DNA from: Macrostomum lignano
Lineage: Eukaryota
Direction of reading: 5' to 3'
Assembly: GCA_002269645.1 (NCBI GenBank)
Contig: NIVC01000606.1
Coordinates: forward strand, 372,001-436,000
DNA: 64,000 nt
Below the pieces are notes generated by a model. That model had not been told where the DNA came from, ran no database searches, and saw only the letters and a list, made by a program, of their open reading frames with translations. The translations under genes were made by a program, and so were the position numbers. Each line of letters starts with the position of its first letter. Position 1 is the first letter of the stretch. This document shows, piece by piece, positions 59,340-64,000 of the stretch.

Positions 59340-60535
59340 GGCCTAGCAACTGAGGATCTGGGGGGCTGGCCCAGCAACTGAGGATCTGGGAGGCTGGCCC
59401 AGCAACTGAGGATCTGGGAGGCTGACCCAGCAACTGAGGATGTGGGAGGCTGGCCCAGCAACTGATGATCTGAGAGGCTGGCCCAACAACTGAGGACCTG
59501 GGAGGCTGACCCAGCAACTGAGGATCTGAGAGGCTGGCCCAGCAACTGAGGATCTGAGAGGCTGGCCCAGCAACTGAGGATCTGAGAGGCTGGCCCAGCA
59601 ACTGAGGATCTGGGAGGCTGGCGGTAGCCCAGCAACTGAGGATCTAGGAGGCTGGGCTGGCCCAGCAACCGAGGATCTGGGAGGTTGGTGGTGGTCCAGC
59701 AAACGAGGATCTGGGAGGTTGGTGGTGGTCCAGCAAACGAGGATCTGGGAGGCTGGCGGTAGCCCAGCAACTGAGGATCTAGGAGGCTGGGCTGGCCCAG
59801 CAACCGAGGATCTGGGAGGTTGGCGGTGGTCCAGCAACCGAGGATCTGGGAGGCTGGCCCAGCAACTGAGGATCTGGGAGGTTGGTGGTGGTCAAGCAAC
59901 CGAGGATCTGGGAGGCTGGCCCAGCAACCGAGGATCTGGGAGGCTGGCCCAGCAACCGAGGATCTGGGAGGCTGGCCCAGCAACCGAGGATCTGGGAGGC
60001 TGGCCCAGCAACCGAGGATCTGGGAGGTTGGCGGTGGTCCAGCAACCGAGGATCTGGGAGGCTGGCCCAGCAACCGAGGATCTGGGAGGCTGGCCCAGCA
60101 ACTAGGGCAGATGATATGGGAGGCTGGCCCAGCAACTGAGGATCTGGTAGGCTGACCCAGCAACTGAGAATCTGGGAGGCTGGCCCAGCAACCGAGGATC
60201 TGGGAGGCTGGCCCAGCAACTAGGGCAAACGATCTGGGAGGCTGGCCCAGCAACTGAGGATCTGGGAGGCTGGCCCAGCAACCGAGGATCTGGGAGGCTG
60301 GCCCAGCAACTAGGGCAGATGATCTGGGAGGCTGGCCCAGCAACTGAGGATCTGGTAGGCTGACCCAGCAACTGAGGATCTGGGAGGCTGGCCCAGCAAC
60401 TGAGGATGTGGGAGGCTGGCCCAGCAACTGAGGATCTGGTAGGCTGACCCAGCAACTGAGAATCTGGGAGGCTGGCCCAGCAACCGAGGATCTGGGAGGC
60501 TGGCACAGCAACTAGGGCAGACGATCTGGGAGGCT
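59340..60535. repeat. 28-bp minisatellite (GGCTGGCCCAGCAACTGAGGATCTGGGA)n with variants
   Basis: Visible. Confidence 0.95.
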
Positions 60536-60605
60536 GACGGTGGCAATTGATCTTGACTTTCTGCAAAATACAAACAAAATTAAGTCTAAACAATCGAGAA
60601 AAGTT

Positions 60606-61241
60606 TCAATTCATTTTTGCCGTTCTGCTTTGGCCGCCAGACCTGGCTGGCGCTGCTCTCCTGGTTTTCTTGCCATCGCGAAGCCCAACTGACTTTTTCA
60701 AGCACCGCAGCGGCTGCTGCTGCTTCTGTTGCTGCTTCTGCTCGCAGCGCGGCATTGGTGAGCAGCGCATCTCCGAATCGATACTACTGTTCAAAGTTCG
60801 ATTTAAGTAGTAATTAACTCGCTCGTCTTCCATTGATGAAGCAGCGCTGGCCTGGGGAGCGGCAGGCGGCTGCGCGTGGCCGAGCTCCCGGAACAGGCGC
60901 TCCAACGGCGTCAGGCGCCGGCGCTTCGGCTTCGGCGGCAGCGGCGTCGCCACACCGATGATGTCGGCATCCTGACGGACGAAGACGTTACTAATGCAAC
61001 TGCTGCCAGAGCTGTTTTTGTTGCTGATATTGCTGCTGCCGCTGGTGGAACTAGTGTTGCCATGGTGACTGGGCTGGTGGGACTGCTGAAGTGATTCTTC
61101 AATAGTGGCGCTGTTGCTAGCAGTGGGAGATTGCATAATGGCTCTTCTGGTTGATAATTGGCTTTGAGCTGCAAGTAGGAAATTCATTTCATTCAAATAG
61201 TCTCCTTGGTGTGGTGTACATATAAGATGTGTTGGTAGCAA
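60606..61241 (-). CDS. Probable terminal coding exon of an unidentified low-complexity, possibly nuclear protein
   Basis: 211-codon open frame with GC-rich codon usage like the other genes; PPKPKRRRLTPLERLFRELG (NLS-like); true start/acceptor not resolved. Confidence 0.4.
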   Translation of the reverse strand: MLPTHLICTPHQGDYLNEMNFLLAAQSQLSTRRAIMQSPTASNSATIEESLQQSHQPSHHGNTSSTSGSSNISNKNSSGSSCISNVFVRQDADIIGVATPLPPKPKRRRLTPLERLFRELGHAQPPAAPQASAASSMEDERVNYYLNRTLNSSIDSEMRCSPMPRCEQKQQQKQQQPLRCLKKSVGLRDGKKTRRAAPARSGGQSRTAKMN

Positions 61242-61359
61242 GCGGGGAGCAAGCCAGTTAAAGCTAGGCTTTCAGACAGAATTATATGATTTTATTGTTT
61301 AAAAAACCGATTAGCAATTTCTCATAGTAAAGTCTAAAATAATAATTTATTACACCTAG

Positions 61360-61621
61360 TAGATGTACAATTGACAGCTTCACTACAGCTATTGCATGGC
61401 ACATATGAAAGTTGCATATGGCTGTTCAGTCTAAGGACTAAGGGGTCACCACACACACTTAATTACCCTAGCTAATGCTAACACCCATTTTATAGTTAGG
61501 TGAACTAAAGCAATGCAGAGTTAAATGGCTTGCTTGGATAGAAATTGTTTTAATTGGTCAAGAACTGAGCCCTAACCTTTTAGTTATGAGTCTAACACTC
61601 TAACCACTAGGTTACAACCCC
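61360..61621 (-). mobile_element. Heavily C>T-decayed copy of the CORE-SINE
   Basis: Colinear with the 23440 and 36381 copies across head, CORE and body. Confidence 0.75.
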
Positions 61622-61914
61622 AACTAATATCTAGTCAGTTGCCTACTTAATAACTTTATTAACTGTTTATCTAGGACATGGTTTAATACAGACTTGCCTA
61701 AATATCTTAACTTATACATGTCTTGTATATAGGCCTAGTAGCTTGTATATATCTGTTTATTAGAAATTTAGCTTGATTGTTGATAAGTTGTATAAATGCA
61801 CAACTTATATAATGTAACAATATATACATTTTTTGAAAAGTCAAAATTTATTTTTGTTAAATTATCATAATAATATTATTTTAAGTAAGTAGCTAATAGC
61901 AAAAACATTGAATC

Positions 61915-62434
61915 TAGAGATTGCAAAATCCCGGTTTTTTGCAATCCTGGGATCCCAGGATTTAATTGGAATTTGGCCAATCCTGGGATCAGAAAAATAC
62001 AGATTTTTAAGTTTTTCGGTTGAAATTTTAAGGCAAAATATGTACTAAATGTATTTTTGCTTCCATTTTTTAGTGTTAAAGAGATGATGATCTTTTAGTA
62101 AATGAAAAACAGCATTATCTTGCAACATATTCAAGTAAGTAGTATATACATACTAATTAGTAGTAAAGAAGCAAATCCTATATCAAAATTTATATTGGAA
62201 TAAATTTTACATTAAATCTGTGATGTGGGGTTTCAAAAAGCACCACGCAACATAAGGCAATTAATGCAATATAATAAACTAGTTGTGGGCCCAATTATGT
62301 TCATATTACAACACTTTTTGTAAAAATAATAACTAAAATTAGTCCTAGGATTTGGGACCCCAAATTCCAGGATTGGAAATCCCAGGATTTGGGCCAAATC
62401 CTAAGATTTCGGGATCTCAGGATTGCGATCCCTA
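61915..62434. mobile_element. hAT-family MITE, decayed
   Basis: TIRs TAGAGATTGCAA / TAGGGATCGCAA; 8-bp TSD ATTGAATC vs CTTGAATC; subterminal TCCCGGGA-derived motifs. Confidence 0.78.
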
Positions 62435-63069
62435 CTTGAATCTATTGTATTAGTTTCTAAAGGTGACATAAATTCTACTGCTATAGACAATAAAATTAAT
62501 GCCTTGAGCCAGAGTAAGGTTAGTTGAACACTATCTTTTACTATAAATAAAACATGTCTTGCGAATACAAGGAGCAGAGAATATTCATAATCTCTACAAA
62601 TCTAGTCAATATTCTCCGCTCCTTGCATTTTTGGGATAAATATTTATAACTAACTGAAACAAGAAGAATGTCTATGACAAATCTCTTCAGTTTCAAGACA
62701 AAATATATAAAAAAATAAAATGTTTTAATGCAAAGTGACTAGATGACATGTCCTATATCACACTAATTAAGTATGCCAATATTTTTTGGCCTACAATTAA
62801 ATGATTCTTTATGTTATGCTTATATTTTTAAGGTAAGCTAGCCTATATTAAGGTCAACAAAATAGGTCTATATGATTATATCTAAAGAAAAAAAAAGTGA
62901 AAACATGTTAGAAATTATTAAGCTTTATTTATTAAATTATGTTGACTCTAGGAAATTAACCATGAACTATTTTAAGTAAGAATAACTACTTTCAAGGGAC
63001 CTAAGCCTGATTAAGCATTATTTCTATGCTTTAAAACTTGTTAAATTATATTTGATAAACAGGCCTATA

Positions 63070-64000
63070 TAGGGTGCACCAGTTAAATCTGGAAAAACTT
63101 TCTAGGTCTATTACTCAGCACTCGATAAAGATACATTTTTCTCCATTGTTTCAGCTGAAAGCTCATTAAATTAGAATCCAGTACAACAATTTTCAAGCAT
63201 TGTCCTCAGAATACAATTGTAGGGCAGCCATCATGGTGGCTCTTCATGCTGGATGCATGCAGACTGAGATTGTTGACTTTCTCAGACTGCCTGCATTTAT
63301 GGTCTACGATTTTGCTAGCTGGTTTTTTGCTGCTGAGGGCACTAAACCAAGAGCGGGAGATGCAAGTAGGAAGGTCCATGATAGGTCAGCAGCCAGGAAG
63401 AGAAGTCTTGACTTCATCGAAAGGCTGGAGGAGCTGGTGGAGGCGGATCCATTGCAATCCACATGGACTCTGGCTGCCAAGCTCAATGTTGGAGCAACAA
63501 CTGTCCAACAAGCACTTGAGAAAAACCTTCGCTGCAAGAGCTATTGACTGAAGGTCTGCCCGATGCTCTCAGAACCAATGAGAGCAAAGAGGATGGAGAG
63601 ATGCCAGCTTTTTCTGACTTCTTTGAAGGGCAGTGCCTCTCGATGGATCCACTTTTTCTCCAATGAAAAATTTTCTGCATTGATACCAAAGTCAATCGCC
63701 AAAATGACAGGTGGATTGCAAAGGACCCTGACAATATGCCAATGATTGGCAGAAAAAAGCACTCGGCATCTGTTCATGTCTTGAGTGTCATATCTAGCAA
63801 TGGCATAGTCATGCCACCTCATTTTTTTGAGAAGGGCCAGAATGTAAACACTGAGACCTATCTCAATGTTCTAACCAATGTTGTGAAGCCTTGGATTGTC
63901 AAACAGGTTGGTGACAGGCCGCATATTTTCCAACAAGATGGTGCACCGGCTCACAACAACCATTGGGTGCAGAACTGGCTAGACAACAACTTCGACATGT
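63070..64000 (+). mobile_element. Tc1/mariner (maT / DD37D-type) transposon with pseudogenised transposase, cut by window end
   Basis: TA|TAGGGTGCACCAG left end; FFS(N)EK, NRQNDRW, VISSNG.VMPPHFF, IFQQDGAPAH; stop at 63545-63547, frameshift near 63672, first catalytic D appears as N. Confidence 0.85.

Overview
Animal (invertebrate) genomic DNA with GC-rich exons and introns packed with gene-specific minisatellites. The overall style resembles the flatworm Macrostomum, but that is inference only. Genes I could splice by hand: a Ly6/three-finger GPI protein (-), a 13+ exon MADD/DENN Rab3-GEF (-, one 1-bp frameshift), an LDB/Chip LIM-domain-binding gene (+), a WIP/verprolin-like gene (+), p62/SQSTM1 (-), a RING + NHL-like propeller E3 ligase (-), and two weaker orphan coding regions. 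Mobile DNA: a 5'-truncated RTE-like LINE, two R1/LOA-like LINE 3' ends, three copies of a tRNA-derived CORE-SINE, a foldback element, a Merlin-like MITE, a hAT MITE, a decayed maT (DD37D-type) Tc1/mariner, and a Penelope-type fragment carrying a hammerhead ribozyme in a perfect 82-bp inverted repeat. The most interesting signals are (i) strongly directional C>T/G>A decay of repeats, including CpA/TpG contexts, inside TpA-rich AT blocks (RIP-like), (ii) the hammerhead hairpin, and (iii) repeated coincidence of retroelement junctions with minisatellite arrays. Exon boundaries are hand-derived; repeat boundaries are approximate.
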